DNA of 64,000 bases, taken from the NCBI GenBank assembly GCA_951406725.2, contig OX597817.1, positions 121,396,001 through 121,460,000 of the forward strand. The letters run 5' to 3'. A program made the position numbers and the translations under genes. Below, one piece after another: positions 1-13,493 of this stretch (positions within the stretch are counted from its first letter, which is position 1; every line of letters starts with the position of its first letter). The notes beneath the pieces are model-generated. The model searched no databases, was not told where the DNA came from, and saw only the letters and a program-made list of their open reading frames with translations. This DNA is from Octopus vulgaris (taxonomy: Eukaryota).

Positions 1-818
1 ACTTAAATCCTTTCACGTTCTGCCGTTTTCGAATTAACGTCGCTTTTTAATGGAAAAGGTAAACCCCTGCGTCATTTGATTTATCCGACATTACATCGGT
101 CTCGCGAACATTTTTATAAGCATATAAAAAAAAATAACCCCTAAAAACCAATTCTAACTTGGAAATTCAAATAAAAATACAGGTGAAAATATGTGCAAAC
201 CACAAGTTAAAATAGACATGAGCTAATAATTTTTTGAAATGTTTCTTTTTCGCATTACATCGTTATTTTTTTAATTATTATTTAGGTTGCATGTCAAGGT
301 ACAAGTTGAGACATGCCACTATTTGGCAGACAAACGAACAGTTCATCTGAAATGTTATACTTCGTTGCAGAATCTAAGCTTGTATAAACAAATGATGTAT
401 GTAGAGAAATTGAAATTGCCTTGGTAACTTCGATCTGAATTAGGTAATTCATGACAGAACAATTATACATTGCTAGCTTACAGTTGTTTATATCGAACGC
501 AAAGCAGTACTGAACAGAACTGACCTGACTAGTTGGTATCACAATGTGTTGGCAACGCGGTCAAATTATAAATTAAACAGGTATATCACAATGGTAGTTG
601 TTTTACTCAATCATTTCAGATTTGTTTGAACTGATTTAAAATCAAATGTAGTCAAATAATGATTCATCCACTGTGGTAACTGATTGAGGATAATGTAGTT
701 CAAGATATTATCCTTAAATTTTACTTAGGGTTAGCAGTAATTTGAGCGATTTGGCTGCTATTCCGAGCAGAATACCACAGAGACCAAGTCAATCTACCAC
801 AATATTTTATATCTCATA

Positions 819-1029
819 AGGCGGTGAGTTGGTAGAAACAACACGCCGGCGAAATGCTTAGCAGTATTTAGTCTGTCTTTACATTCTGAGTTCAAATTAC
901 GCCGAGGTCGACTTTGCCTTTCATCCTTTCGGGATCGATAAATTAAGTACCAGTTGCATACTGGGGTCGATCTAATTGACTGACCCCCTCCCCAGAAATT
1001 TCGGGCCTTGTGCCTAGAGTAGAAAGAAC
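819..1029 (+). mobile_element. tRNA-derived SINE, family A (full length)
   Basis: Head AGGCGGTGAGTTGGTAGAA, B-box GAGTTCAAAT, central GCCTTTCATCCTTTCGGGATCGATAAA; perfect 16-bp TSD TATTTTATATCTCATA at 803-818 and 1030-1045; several paralogues in the window. Confidence 0.93.
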
Positions 1030-1169
1030 TATTTTATATCTCATAGCTGTTCATACGTTGCTTCCTAATTAGTTTTTCTAAGTTTATTTTCTTTTCAATT
1101 AAATAACATGGTAAAATGAAAATATTAGACGAAAATCAAATCAAAAAAGAAAGCTAATGAAACACTAAT

Positions 1170-1380
1170 ACTCTTTTTACTCTTTTACTCATTTGACTGC
1201 GGCCGTGCTGGAGCACCGCCTTTAGTCGAGCAACTCGACTCCGGGACTTATTCTTTTTGTAAGCCCAGTACTTATTCTATCGGTCTCTTTTTGCCGAACC
1301 GCTAAGTGACGGGGAGGTAAACACACCAGCATCGGTTGTCAAGCAATGCTAGGGGTACAAACACAGACACACAAACACAG

Positions 1381-1455
<75 letters not shown>

Positions 1456-1620
1456 TACGACAGGCTTCTTTCAGTTTCCGTCTACCAAATCCATTCACAA
1501 GGCATTGGTCGGCCCGGGGCTATAGCAGAAGACACTCGCCCAAGATGTCACGCAGTGGGACTGAACCCGGAACCATGTGGTTGGTTAGCAAGCTACTTAC
1601 TACACAGCCACGCCTGCGCC
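1170..1620 (-). mobile_element. tRNA-derived SINE, family B (CORE-like block, internal (TA)n(TG)n)
   Basis: Minus strand: head GGCGCAGGCGTGGCTGTGTAGTAAG, B-box GGGTTCAGTCCC, CORE-like ATCTTGGGCGAGTGTCTT, internal microsatellite, (GAGTAAAA)-type tail; near-identical to the copies at 22511 and 27687. Confidence 0.92.
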
Positions 1621-1664
1621 TGTATACGAAATTTATCAAAGTCCACATGTTATTATCATTCTCA

Positions 1665-1958
1665 AGTGGTTAAAGTAATCAGCTCACGATCGTAAGACCG
1701 TGAGTTTGATACCCGTCGGTGTATTGTGCTCTTGAGCAAGACACTTTATTTCACGTTGCTCCAATTCACTCAGCTGGCAAAAATATGTAGTGCCAGTATT
1801 TCAAAGGGCCAAACTTCTCATGCTGAATCTTCCCGAGAACTATGTTAAGAGTACGCGTGTTTGGGGAGTTCTCAGCAACTTACACGTTAATTTCACTTGC
1901 AGGCTATTCCGTTTTTCGGATCAACTGGATCCTTCATCGCCGCAACCGACGGAGTGTC
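1665..1958 (+). mobile_element. SINE family C (degraded)
   Basis: AGTGGTTAAAG head, GAGTTTGATACC B-box, CTTGAGCAAGACACTT block; 3' half matches 41536-41820 and the tail of the copy at 36232. Confidence 0.8.
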
Positions 1959-2242
1959 AGTTGTATAAGTATTGTTAGACTACAGGGTTCTGACTGAAGA
2001 TGATAAATCCTCTATATGTCGATACGTATCGGCATTAGCTTTATTGTTCGTACATTAGTCTGAGACATAGCACAGCAGTGATATTCTAAGCAAGTATTCT
2101 TCCATTGTCTCGTCTTAACTTTTCAATTGTGAAACATTGTCAAACATAATATATAGAGCATATGGGAATTCTACTACAGAATATCAGAAGAAAAGAGAGA
2201 TAAAAAAAGTTGAAGTGTAGACACATAAAGAAACAATCGGAA

Positions 2243-2634
2243 TGATAATAATAATAATAATAATAGTAATAATAATAATAATAGTAATAATAATAATAAT
2301 GATAGTAATAACAACAACAACAACAATAATAATAATAATAACTAGAACGCTCACAGACATATACCCACACTGTTATACATATGCCATATATTTATGTGTG
2401 AATATGTCAATATATATCTTTGTATGCATACAATATTGCATATAAAAAATACATATATTATGTATATATATATATATATATATATATGCATGTGTATGTG
2501 TGTGAATGTGTGCGCGCGCACACAATAGAAACCAGAGACCAAATATAATCAAATTATCACTATTTTGAATAACTTCGTTAATTTTGTTCACTGCAATCAA
2601 TCACCTGCAAACGTAAAGTTCAAATAATAAACTC

Positions 2635-2714
<80 letters not shown>

Positions 2715-2752
2715 TAATATTAATAATAACAACAATAATAATAATAATAATA
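2243..2752. repeat. (AAT)n, (TA)n and (TG)n microsatellite cluster
   Basis: Directly visible: (AAT)n at about 2243-2340 and 2635-2752. Confidence 0.95.
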
Positions 2753-3179
2753 GGAATAGGCGTCATTGAAAAAATTCATGCTTTTTGTCTGTGTTTTGCT
2801 TCCAGCATTTAAAAGTGGTCTGATTGCAAAGTTACATGCATTCATCTATACACACAGAAAACATGGATGTGTTTTTGGTAGTGTGTCTCGCAGTCGCTTT
2901 CTCTCTTTGCATACTTCTATATGTATGAGTGTATGCATGTGTATTGATTGCATATTATGCAAGTCTGTAAATTTCCACATATATGTATTTAAACATTCTT
3001 TATATACACCCACATGCATGCGCACATACACTTTCTCTCTTCTTCTGCACATGTGCAAATATGCATGTGTGCATCGGGAAACTGTGCGCGCACTTTTATA
3101 TGTATGAGCGTGATTTTGTGAATGTATCTAAGCATATGCATAGATACACATACACGCACAAGAAAGACACATGTACATG

Positions 3180-3263
3180 TGTATTTCATATATATATATA
3201 TAAACAAAGATATTGAGATACAAAAACTATGTATAGAAATTTACGTAAAACACAATAACGCTG

Positions 3264-3311
<48 letters not shown>

Positions 3312-3538
3312 ATGCATAATTACACACACATATGTATATTTATATGTGTGCATATATAAACATTTATATATATATATGTGTATATATTTATATGTATATA
3401 TATATGTGTATGTATTTATATGTAAAGATATGCGTATATATGCGTATATATATATATGCTTATATTTGTATATTATATATATATATACTAATCGTTTATA
3501 TTTGTGTCTCTACCCACACCGACATATTTACATGCATA

Positions 3539-3583
<45 letters not shown>

Positions 3584-3957
3584 TATTTTTTTCTTTGAAG
3601 CCTTTCTACGATATTTTCTTTTTTTACCCTGAAACCGGAAAATATCTATCTTCGAAGGAAGACATGTTTTTTAACGCCTCTCTGTTTTTTTTTTCCACAG
3701 TGCAATCGCACACTTTTGACAAGTAGGCTGAATTGTGTGTACTGAATAAACAACTGATTGATCGAGGCAGAATATGTTACCAAAAATATAAATAAACTAA
3801 TGACATCAAATATTTCACTTACATACATACATACATACATACATACATGCATGCATACATACATATCTTTCACGCATACACACACACTCACATATATCCA
3901 TATATTTATATCTATAGGTATGTTCTAAATATATATATTTATACACACATGCGCTCA

Positions 3958-4014
<57 letters not shown>

Positions 4015-4050
4015 ACATAAACACGCTTTATATACATACGTGTATTTGTG
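3180..4050. repeat. (TA)n/(TG)n/(TACA)n low-complexity tract
   Basis: Directly visible; explains the YI/CV-repeat ORFs. Confidence 0.92.
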
Positions 4051-4654
4051 TATTTATGTATATAATTATGTAATTATCGTTCTTGGTTTGCTACTGAAAA
4101 GCATACATTATCACGCACAACAAGCATCCATACATATATATCACGACTCTGAGCCTCCCTCATTCTCTCTGTATTTCTCATTTCTTATATCTTCTACGAA
4201 CTGGTTTTTGTATCTCTCTTTTGCCATTTTCTCAACTTCATTGAAAAGCTTTCACAAAGTTAGGCATTATAATGAATTATTAGAAAGTACCCCAAGAAAA
4301 AATTTCCCTTATTTTTGCAGTATTTTTGATGCGATATTTTTTGTGAAGTTCAACAATGAAATTTGCTTTGTTATTTAATATTTTTACATTCTTTATATTT
4401 GAAAGTGACTGCATTCGCACATATACGCAAAATGCTTGAATATGGATTCGCATTTGGCCCAGGTGAAAGCGTGTCGTGTATTTTATCAGCAATATCACAG
4501 TGTCGTATCGCTTCATTGGTGCGGTTTAACTACAATTACAAATATCTTAATTGCCAAATGTTCCATTCAACCATATATACTATATATAATATGTAAGCAC
4601 TATTCAGCGTTGGCTAAACTAAGGAATTGTTGATAATCAACCAAGTATTTGTGA

Positions 4655-4845
4655 TGTAACTCTATCTGTTAGAGACAATAGTCAAATCGCTCTCGTATAT
4701 TATTCTATTAAAAGGCTTAAGGTTATGTTGGATAATGCATTATATTTATATATATATACGGTATTTTTGAAAAATAAAGCGGGATGGTCTCTCCTTGAAC
4801 GACGTTGGTATGTCTTCTCGATCAGAATTGAACTGGGGAAGAGTA
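4655..4845. mobile_element. Old dispersed repeat, family D
   Basis: Degenerate AATAGCAGCCAAAT...GATAATG...GGGATGGTC blocks shared with 17325, 25935 and (reversed) 22300, 47280, 59365. Confidence 0.5.
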
Positions 4846-4879
4846 GTGGCAGTTAAAAAAGAACAAGAATAATAATAAT

Positions 4880-5095
4880 TTTTTCTACTATAGCTACAGG
4901 GGGGTTAAATTTGGGGGAAGAGGCGTGCTCGATTACATCGACTCCACTGCTCAACGGGTACTTATTTCATTGACAACGAAAGGATGAAAGACAAAGTCAA
5001 CCTTGGCGGCATTCGATCTCAGAACATAAAGACAGACGAAATGCCGCTAAATATTTTGTCCTGCGTGCTAACTATTCAGACAGCTCGCCACCGTA
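4880..5095 (-). mobile_element. SINE family A
   Basis: Reverse complement of the 819-1029 family; (AAT) tracts on both sides. Confidence 0.85.
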
Positions 5096-7302
5096 ATAAG
5101 AATAATAATAAGAAATTAAATGGTGAGTATAAATTTATGTTCACGAACGCTACAACACATATACTAGGAAGATATTGGAGAGTTATGGTCTTCTTCGAAC
5201 TGATAACCTTCAGCATAAAATTGTGGAATACCACTGTAACTTTCGTAGTGTTAATTTGTGCTATGTGCAATATACTAAGATCAGAAAAATAAAATGAAGT
5301 CTAGCAGGACAGTAACGACGTTCGTATGGTATTGTGATATGGAAAAGAAACTAGATTGCAAAGGAAATTTAGTGAGAGGATGTCACTACTACAGCATTAG
5401 ATCCTAACTCTTGGTGGTGCAAACATTTGAAACAGTGATCTTATTAAGGTGTGTGTAAATCAAACTGCCTTGAAATATTATTTTCCCAACTATTCCTTGA
5501 ATTAAAACACCCTGCTTAATCTTCTGTTTCATTTCTTCATTATCAGGTTATCTATACGCCTGTAGCTCAATAGTTTCTATTATCTTCATTGGGAACTTTG
5601 GAAATGATTAATTCAGCTATCTTTGGGAGTATTCTTTTGTATAGAGAAAGCCATTGATCGTTGTCATTGTTTCAAGATATCTCTTTAGAAGTTTACGCCT
5701 TCCGACGTACGAAAGCATCAATTTTGAAAGCTACTTGGTTTCAAAATCTTGTTTTTCCATCGTACACTAATGCCGAAATGTAGTCGGTTCTTTTTACATT
5801 GTTTAAACGCAGTAAATTATGTCGTACTTTGCGACAAGTCTATATAAAGACTACAGGTTAAATGTTTCAGGCAGTAATTACAGAGAAAAAGAAATATATG
5901 TTCACTGACTAACTAAAACACAATTATCGACTCCTTGAACTTATATTTAATTCATGAAATAAATTACTCTAAATCAATTTCAGTTTTTAATTGCATAGAT
6001 TTTATCTAATTTCGAATTGGCTTGCAGTCTTTGAATTATTTTAATCACAATACTAAACTAAGAATTTCCCGTGTTTACTAAATTCACAAAAGTTTAATAT
6101 TGATTCACATAGATCTAAAACATTTTGTTTTAGACGCTATAGGTAAAGCAATGAAGAATCTCTGGAGCCCATATTATTTTTTATTCGTTTATTAAAAACG
6201 AATGAAATGGGCTTATTTAGAAATCTAATCTGAAGTTGTGAGCTCATATTATTGAATATTACCTTTTTCTTATAACACTCACTCCAGATCTAAAAGTTCA
6301 TTAGAACCGGAATTTAATACATAGGAGCGTTACCAGCATAAAGCTGAAAAGATATACAGTGTCTAGTTTCAGTTGAATCTTGTGCTTGTTTCATTGCAAT
6401 ATATTTAGTTAGGATGCCTACTTCCTTCCCTTTCTAGAACAATATATTCTTAGTTTGTGTAATTATGATCAAGCAAATGTAACATGTTCAACCCATGTCT
6501 TTCTGAAATATATTTTTACACTTAGTATGTTTAAGAACTGGATGAAGCATTCCAAACGAAGGTGGTGCCAGAGCTGGCTTCAACTCAGTTACTGGTACAA
6601 ATTAAGTAGTCAAAGAAAAACATACAATGTGTCCATTTTAAGTGTTGTACATTGTATTTCTAGGAAAATTGACTGCTATTTCGAATAGCGAGTCGTAAAA
6701 ATGCTTAAAGAATTCAGAAAGATTTATTGTTTGTCTCAAGTGGCTGTTTTTTTCACTGTACTATTTGAGGTGTTATATATTTCTTAACATATACTCAGAA
6801 TACATCTGTGTAAAGTTATACTCTTGGTTATACTGTTGGTTATACTCTAGACTTGAATTTTGCATTTCTATTTCAAGCACATTGTATTTCAGGTATTCTA
6901 TATCTGATTCTGGTCCTGTATGCTACACCAGAATTGTGATTTTATAAACACTCAGACTCCATCGTAAGTAATTATCATCGAATTATCGTAATAACAAAAT
7001 CTGGAGAATTTTTATTCGCTCTATATAGGAAATAAAGAAAAATAACATACAATTCAGAATTGTTGTAATATCTACCACCAATTTTGTTACATTTTTGCAC
7101 ACACATATATAACATACTTCACACATACAAATATGTGCACAGAAACACGAACTGACATTCCTAGAGCTGAAAAGCGCACAGCACAGGCCGAAAGGGAAGT
7201 AATATTAATATTTCAACACAGAACATAAACATAACTATTCATATCGATGAAGACAATATAATTTTCTCCTAAATACACACGCAGACACAGAGACAGACAC
7301 AC

Positions 7303-7307
<5 letters not shown>

Positions 7308-7363
<56 letters not shown>

Positions 7364-7614
7364 ATATGTATATATGTATATAATATATATATGTATATAT
7401 ATTTATGCATATACAGTATATAATATATATAATATACAATATATGCATTCTATATATATCATATATAATATACAATATATACATTCTATATATATATCAT
7501 ATATAATATTCAATATACACATAATATATATATAATATACAATATATGCATAATATAAATATATAGCATACAATATTTACATATTATATACAGTATGTAT
7601 ATATAATATGTATG

Positions 7615-7651
<37 letters not shown>

Positions 7652-7705
7652 ATACGCACACACACACACACATATAAATGTGTGTGTGTATGTGCGTGTG
7701 TGATG
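7308..7705. repeat. (TA)n-rich degenerate microsatellite
   Basis: Directly visible. Confidence 0.92.
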
Positions 7706-8395
7706 TGAATGTGCGTAATTAAATACTGCAAAATATTTTGTTAGGCACTCAACCGTGTATGACGTATTATCAACTAATGAGAAAGGCTCGAACGCATGCA
7801 TGTTGCCGCTCTGCATGTAAGAATACAATGTTATAGAAGATGAGGCTATGGAAGTTCTACTATTTCATTGGTTTTGTGTTGCTTCCGGAAGGACAGCTGT
7901 TTGCTTTATGTAGGGCGTTGTATTTTTCATAGGTTGTTCGTTTATTACGACTTTAATGTTTACAATGGTGTGCATATCAGAGAGATGTGACGGTACTCAT
8001 CTTAACTAGAAATCAAAAGTTCAAGAAATATGCTCATCCAATTGTGAATCCCTTTAATCATTGAATGTCATGCAATTGAATCTAGTCACCCCATCTAACA
8101 GAAACTGTGAGTATTTATAAAGAATAGTGTTTTCTTTACAAAAGTTTGTTTTTCACATAAATTGCTTTTTTTTTTGATTTTACAAAAGAATATATTTTTG
8201 GTTTTCCCGTTTCCAAAAATTTTACTTTTAGTTTGATGATAAATAATATTTTCACAAAAACAATATTTATTTGAAAAATTTAAGTTTAAAATTTGATATT
8301 CAGTTTTACAAAAAAAAGTGTTTTAATATTTAAGAAATTAATAATTTTTTTGAAAGACATAGATATGTTTTCTTAATGTTCTAAAGATGACTTAC

Positions 8396-8675
8396 CTGAG
8401 GAGCTCCGTGGAAAGCGGGTAAATCACACATTACTGATGAACACCTTGATTACTTCCGTAGACAGTTGGGATATTATATAATAAATAGAGCCGTTTATAA
8501 TAAATTAAAAAGTGTATACGGATTTTTTTCTTCTTGTTTACGTTGTGTAATAGTTTTATAAATAATTATTCAATAATATACCAGATTTGGTTATTCTCCC
8601 TCTTGCTTTTTGTTTTCTGCCTTCCTTGTTATTTTTTATGTACTATTTCAATGGAAATCGATTTCGAGTTTTCGC
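8396..8675 (-). other. Candidate exon (possible 5'UTR plus start codon, MCDLPAFHGAPQ)
   Basis: Acceptor TTTATATTTTCAG before 8675, donor CAG|GTAAGT after 8396; ATG at 8431 gives 12 codons in phase 0. Splice signals only; no homology recognised. Confidence 0.3.
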
Positions 8676-9206
8676 CTGAAAATATAAATGATACAAAACT
8701 GGTTACGTTCTAAAGATGCTAGTTTTGTATGAAAGCATATGGAGGTATCGTAAAAAAGTTTAAAACAATTGTGAGAAAGAAGTAGGAAAAATGAACACAA
8801 CATATTGATTTTTCTACTTAGTTGTATGTTCCTGAAAATGAATTGAAAAAAAGTAGGGTGAGTTAGTTGAACTGACTCCAGTATAAAACTGCTATTTATT
8901 TGAGAATCTTTCGAAAGAGAAAGATAGGGTCAAATTGATATTACTAAACAAGAGAGAGGAAACGAAGAAGTAAAATAATTTGATATAGACATTAAGCTAC
9001 ATTGCATTATATCTATGTTTCTGCTAAATGAATATGCGTTATGTACACAATCATGCTCATTTTTGCAAACGGGTAAAAGGGAACTGAGCAGAAATCAGTG
9101 TATATAGATGTATATATTACAATATATTTACGTGATCTATGTTATTGGTTGATAAATTCTGAGTCTATGACGACACAGAAACATCTGACATAAATCCTAA
9201 ACTTAC

Positions 9207-9411
9207 CTTCTAATGACAAAAATACAGTCTAATGTAGAAGACACCACTACATATCTGATTTACAAAAATGAGATAAATCAAATGTTTGGCTTTTCCCAAA
9301 GAAAAGAGACCAAGATATCTGTACCATGAAATATATTGTAAGAGGAAATGTTTGGTACAGAATGCGTCTGATACGTTATTCTTGCATTGAATCAATATTT
9401 GGACATAGGCA
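9207..9411 (-). other. Candidate non-coding exon
   Basis: Acceptor TGTTTCAG, donor AAG|GTAAGT; stop codons in all three frames. Confidence 0.28.
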
Positions 9412-10743
9412 CTGAAACAGATGCACATACCCTTTCTCAGCATAGACATTCATATTTAGAAACGCATGTAATAAGCTACAAGAAAATGATTACAAAAAAA
9501 ACCCAATCTCACAAACCACAAGACGGAACACGTCTTAATCACATAATCCCATGTCAATGCAATCATTTCTATAGATACCAAAATAAGTAGAACCCATGTA
9601 TACACACACACACACCACACATATATATGTATAAATGATATTGAAAATTGCCTCTAGCAAAACCTTACAACATTTACATCACATGTATAAATGTATGTTT
9701 TCTGCTAGATTACATTTTGGAATTAATTAGAAGCTATTTTTATTTTATAGAAAAGCGCTCATGAGATTTATCCACAATTTTATCTATCGTATGTTTTGTC
9801 AGAGTCTGAATGTTACGCTTTAAGCTACCTTAGGAGCGTTTCAGAACGTCCCGTTTCTTTTTCTCTTTTAATTTTACACTTCCGCTATCAATCATGTCCA
9901 CGTTTTTGGTAGAAGAAAACTGTGAACGTTTCGTTTCAATTTTGGTTGTTTGGTATATTCAAGGTCAACAGTTTTGAAAATTATATATACCTAATTTACT
10001 ATAATTAACATTTTCAATAGTTTCTCTTTTAGTTATCCAGATTCTATTATTAGATTTTTCTCTATAGCTGTCGAAAACTGTCACAATATTTTAGGTTCTT
10101 TTCGTTGTTTTTTTCAAAACGTATTATGAACTGAAGCTATCGGATTTTATAAACGAATATTTCGTGAAAACAAAATGATCTTTAGAAATATTTTGAGAAA
10201 ACGTAGGCATAGGAAATAGTCCACGTTGAAAAATTAATGATACAAAGAGTAACGCATTCTTTTAAACATGGCCATTTAGTTGAATGCTAATGACGAAATA
10301 TTCAATTTGAAAATACACCCCATTGTCTGGGGAGATTGCTTGCTTTATTTGAATAATTCTATTTCGAGAATAAAAGGAACATAGTTGTATAAAGGAACGT
10401 GATGTTAAAACGTAGTATAAAAACCTTTTATTTCAGTGTGTGATATAATCGATGTTTGAATTAAAAAGCTTCACAATTCTTAATACGTGTGTGTATAACC
10501 TTAACGTTGGAATTGCAGTTATTTTCAAATACGTTTTTACATCAACATATTGTCAAGTGATATGAAACGAAAGGAAGCCAAAACAAGGGAATCTGTTATT
10601 CTCGCCTTAAATTAAAATTTTAGTGTTTTACAATTATTAACAAACCGATAAAAAAAGCAAATCATTTGTGAGCGTGAACGATGTTTTGTTGAAAACTTTA
10701 CTCTCTCAAGCTAATCCATACTGCTTGCACACACTCATAAATC

Positions 10744-11197
10744 ATATAAACCTTGATTTACTGAAGAGTTTTGCAGGTGTGTGCATTTAAAAACGGCACA
10801 AAACGCTGCGAAGTATTCAACATTTATATAATATTTATAACTTTCAGAAATGAACAGTACCTTGCTACGATACTTATTTTATAAATGTCTCTACATGCAC
10901 ATAGTAATGTTCGTTTGTGCATTCATCTAAATCTGTACGCATTTGATCAGGCATCAATATAACCTGTTGTTTGTTACATAATGTCTGTTTGCATACGGTC
11001 ATAGGCGATGAAGTTAGTTCTTGTCAAGGACGTCTTACGAGGAATTGTGCCAGGCCATTTATTTATAAAATAAGTATCGTACTGTTCATTTCTGAAAGCT
11101 ATTAATATATTATATAAATGTTGAATATTTCGCAGCGTTTTCTGCCAATTTTAAATGCACACACCTGCAAAACTCTTCAATAAATCGAAGTTTATAT
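10744..11197. repeat. Long inverted repeat (fold-back, MITE-like)
   Basis: Arms 10744-10886 and 11061-11197 are reverse complements (e.g. GAAGAGTTTTGCAGGTGTGTGCATTTAAAA vs TTTTAAATGCACACACCTGCAAAACTCTTC), roughly 85-90% identical by eye, with a spacer of about 175 bp. Confidence 0.9.
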
Positions 11198-12349
11198 AAT
11201 GTAGGTAAAACTCCTCTAACGTGCTAGCCTGTATACAAAGGTAGGTGACGTACATAAGAATATATAGAGAATGATAAATCAACTTCACTTACCGAAGAAG
11301 TATTTCTATAAAGAAAATAAATCTCTTTTTACTTGGTAAGTTTTTCAATGATAACAAGCGCGGAAGGCAATAGATTTTCTAATATAACAGGCTAGTTGTT
11401 TAGTGCCAGGCTTTGAAAGGTGAAGCTGAAGCGTAGAGAAAATCTAACTTTCGTTGAATCTGTGCTACTTGTAGAAGTTCTACTTCTAATTAGGACCATT
11501 TGGGGATTCACAATACATTGATCTGAACGAGTTAAATTTTCGCGCGCATGTATTGGTGGAAATTAAGATAATAATACGCAGTTTGAATTATAGCCGAACA
11601 AAAGAGAATTTACCAATGATGAAGGTATTTCTCGGTATTTGTTGCAACACAGATTCTAACATCTGGGAATTTAATGTAGTTTTCAGTACTGAATTATAAA
11701 CAATGTTTTTCCCAGAAGAGATTATATGAAAGAAGCCATTGGATAGTATCATAGAATATATTTAAGAACAAGTAGATTTTCTATAGAATAAAAAGAAGCT
11801 ATTTTCCTGTCGAGAGATTAGAAATGATTAATTGTGATCGAAAAGCTTCGTTTATACACACCTACATACAAATATATACACAGACGCCTACATATGCAAG
11901 AAGAGAACACAGCACACAAATTCACATACTCATGCACACACTTAAACTAACCCAGATATGAAAAGAACAGCATAATCTCATTACGTTTATATGTTTATTG
12001 TAGAGAAGAGAACTATATGTATCGACAAAAATGTGCTTTAAGTACACTAAAAGCAAATGTGTAAATATAAAGGTAGCGTAATGGATGACAGAATAGTGGG
12101 AATACTTAAGCCAAAAAAAAAAAAAGATTGTAGATAGATCTATAAATTAAAAAACTAAAACTGTAGGATTTATAAAGGAAATTACAAGAATGTGGTATAT
12201 GAAATGATCAATTAACCCATTCATTCAAGGTTCCAAATGAATTAAAAGAAATACATTTACAAACATTGATATGGTCAAAATAAATATTTCATTTAATATA
12301 TTTAATGAAAAAATATCAGCAACAGAGAAAGATTTAAGGAAGCGTATAT

Positions 12350-12731
12350 CTTTTATCTTTTATCTGTTTCAGTCATTAAACTGCGGCCATGATGAGGTAT
12401 CACATTGAAGAACTTTTAGCCAAATGAAATGATCGCAGTACTTATTCTGTCTATCTCCCTTCTGCCGAATCGCTAAGTTGCCGGAACGTAAACAAACCAA
12501 TACTGGATGTCAAACAGTGCTGGGGGATAAACACACACACGCGCACGCATGCACACACACACACACCTACGACAGGCTTATTTCAGTTTCCGTCTACCAA
12601 ATCCACTCACAAGGTTTTTGTTGGCCCGAGGCTTTAGTAGAAGACACTTGCCCAAGGTGCCATGCAGTGGGACTGAACCCGGAACCAAGTGGTTGGGAAG
12701 CAAGCTTCTTACGACACAACCACACCTGCGT
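12350..12731 (-). mobile_element. SINE family B
   Basis: Same blocks as 1170-1620, more diverged. Confidence 0.88.
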
Positions 12732-13351
12732 ATGATGATTTTGTTAAAATGGTTGCATGTTATTTACCGTTTATCTATAAATTTATATTAAAAAACTGTT
12801 ATCATCATAATTCAAAGCTTTAAAGATATTAGTTTTTTTTGTAAAGATATTTTTTGTAAAGATATTGAAGCTTTCACAACTGCGTGTGGCTATGAGATCA
12901 CGATGAAAAATATTTGAATAATATGCAAGTTATATAAATAAGACAATAAGTATGAAAATAGAAATGTTTTAAAATGATAATGGAAAGTTCTCTTATTATA
13001 AGTTCTTACGTCTATTCTTAGGGAGAAGGTTAGTGACGTTTATGAGCTTTACTAACACTAACAGACTTGTGAGAAGATGTTTGTATGTAACTCGAACATT
13101 TATAGGCCGATGTTTCTGGGGGGAAAAAAAACAACTTGATAATAGACATGCCAGTGGGATGTTTTCTGGAGGCGAAGATATCAAGAAAGTATCTTTTTTA
13201 TGAGTTATTTGGAGTTAGAAAGTGTAAGGTTTGACAGAAAAGACAAGAATCGATACATGAGTTTACGGAGTGGAAGAGAACGCAGTGTGATGGGTCAGAA
13301 AAGCCTCCCGTATCTATATATACGCATACATACGCATGTATATTTACATAG

Positions 13352-13422
<71 letters not shown>

Positions 13423-13493
13423 AATATATAAGAATATTTGCGTAATAAGATAAAAAACTAAGGCTGTATAGATATTAGAGCATTTATAGATAG

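Noticed and set aside
6892-6963. Plus-strand exon (TTTCAG...GTAAGT)
   Set aside because: Stops in all frames and no partner exons; such signals are expected by chance.
12860-12915. bantam-like seed TGAGATCA in a loose hairpin
   Set aside because: The seed falls in the loop and pairing needs large bulges; not a credible pre-miRNA.
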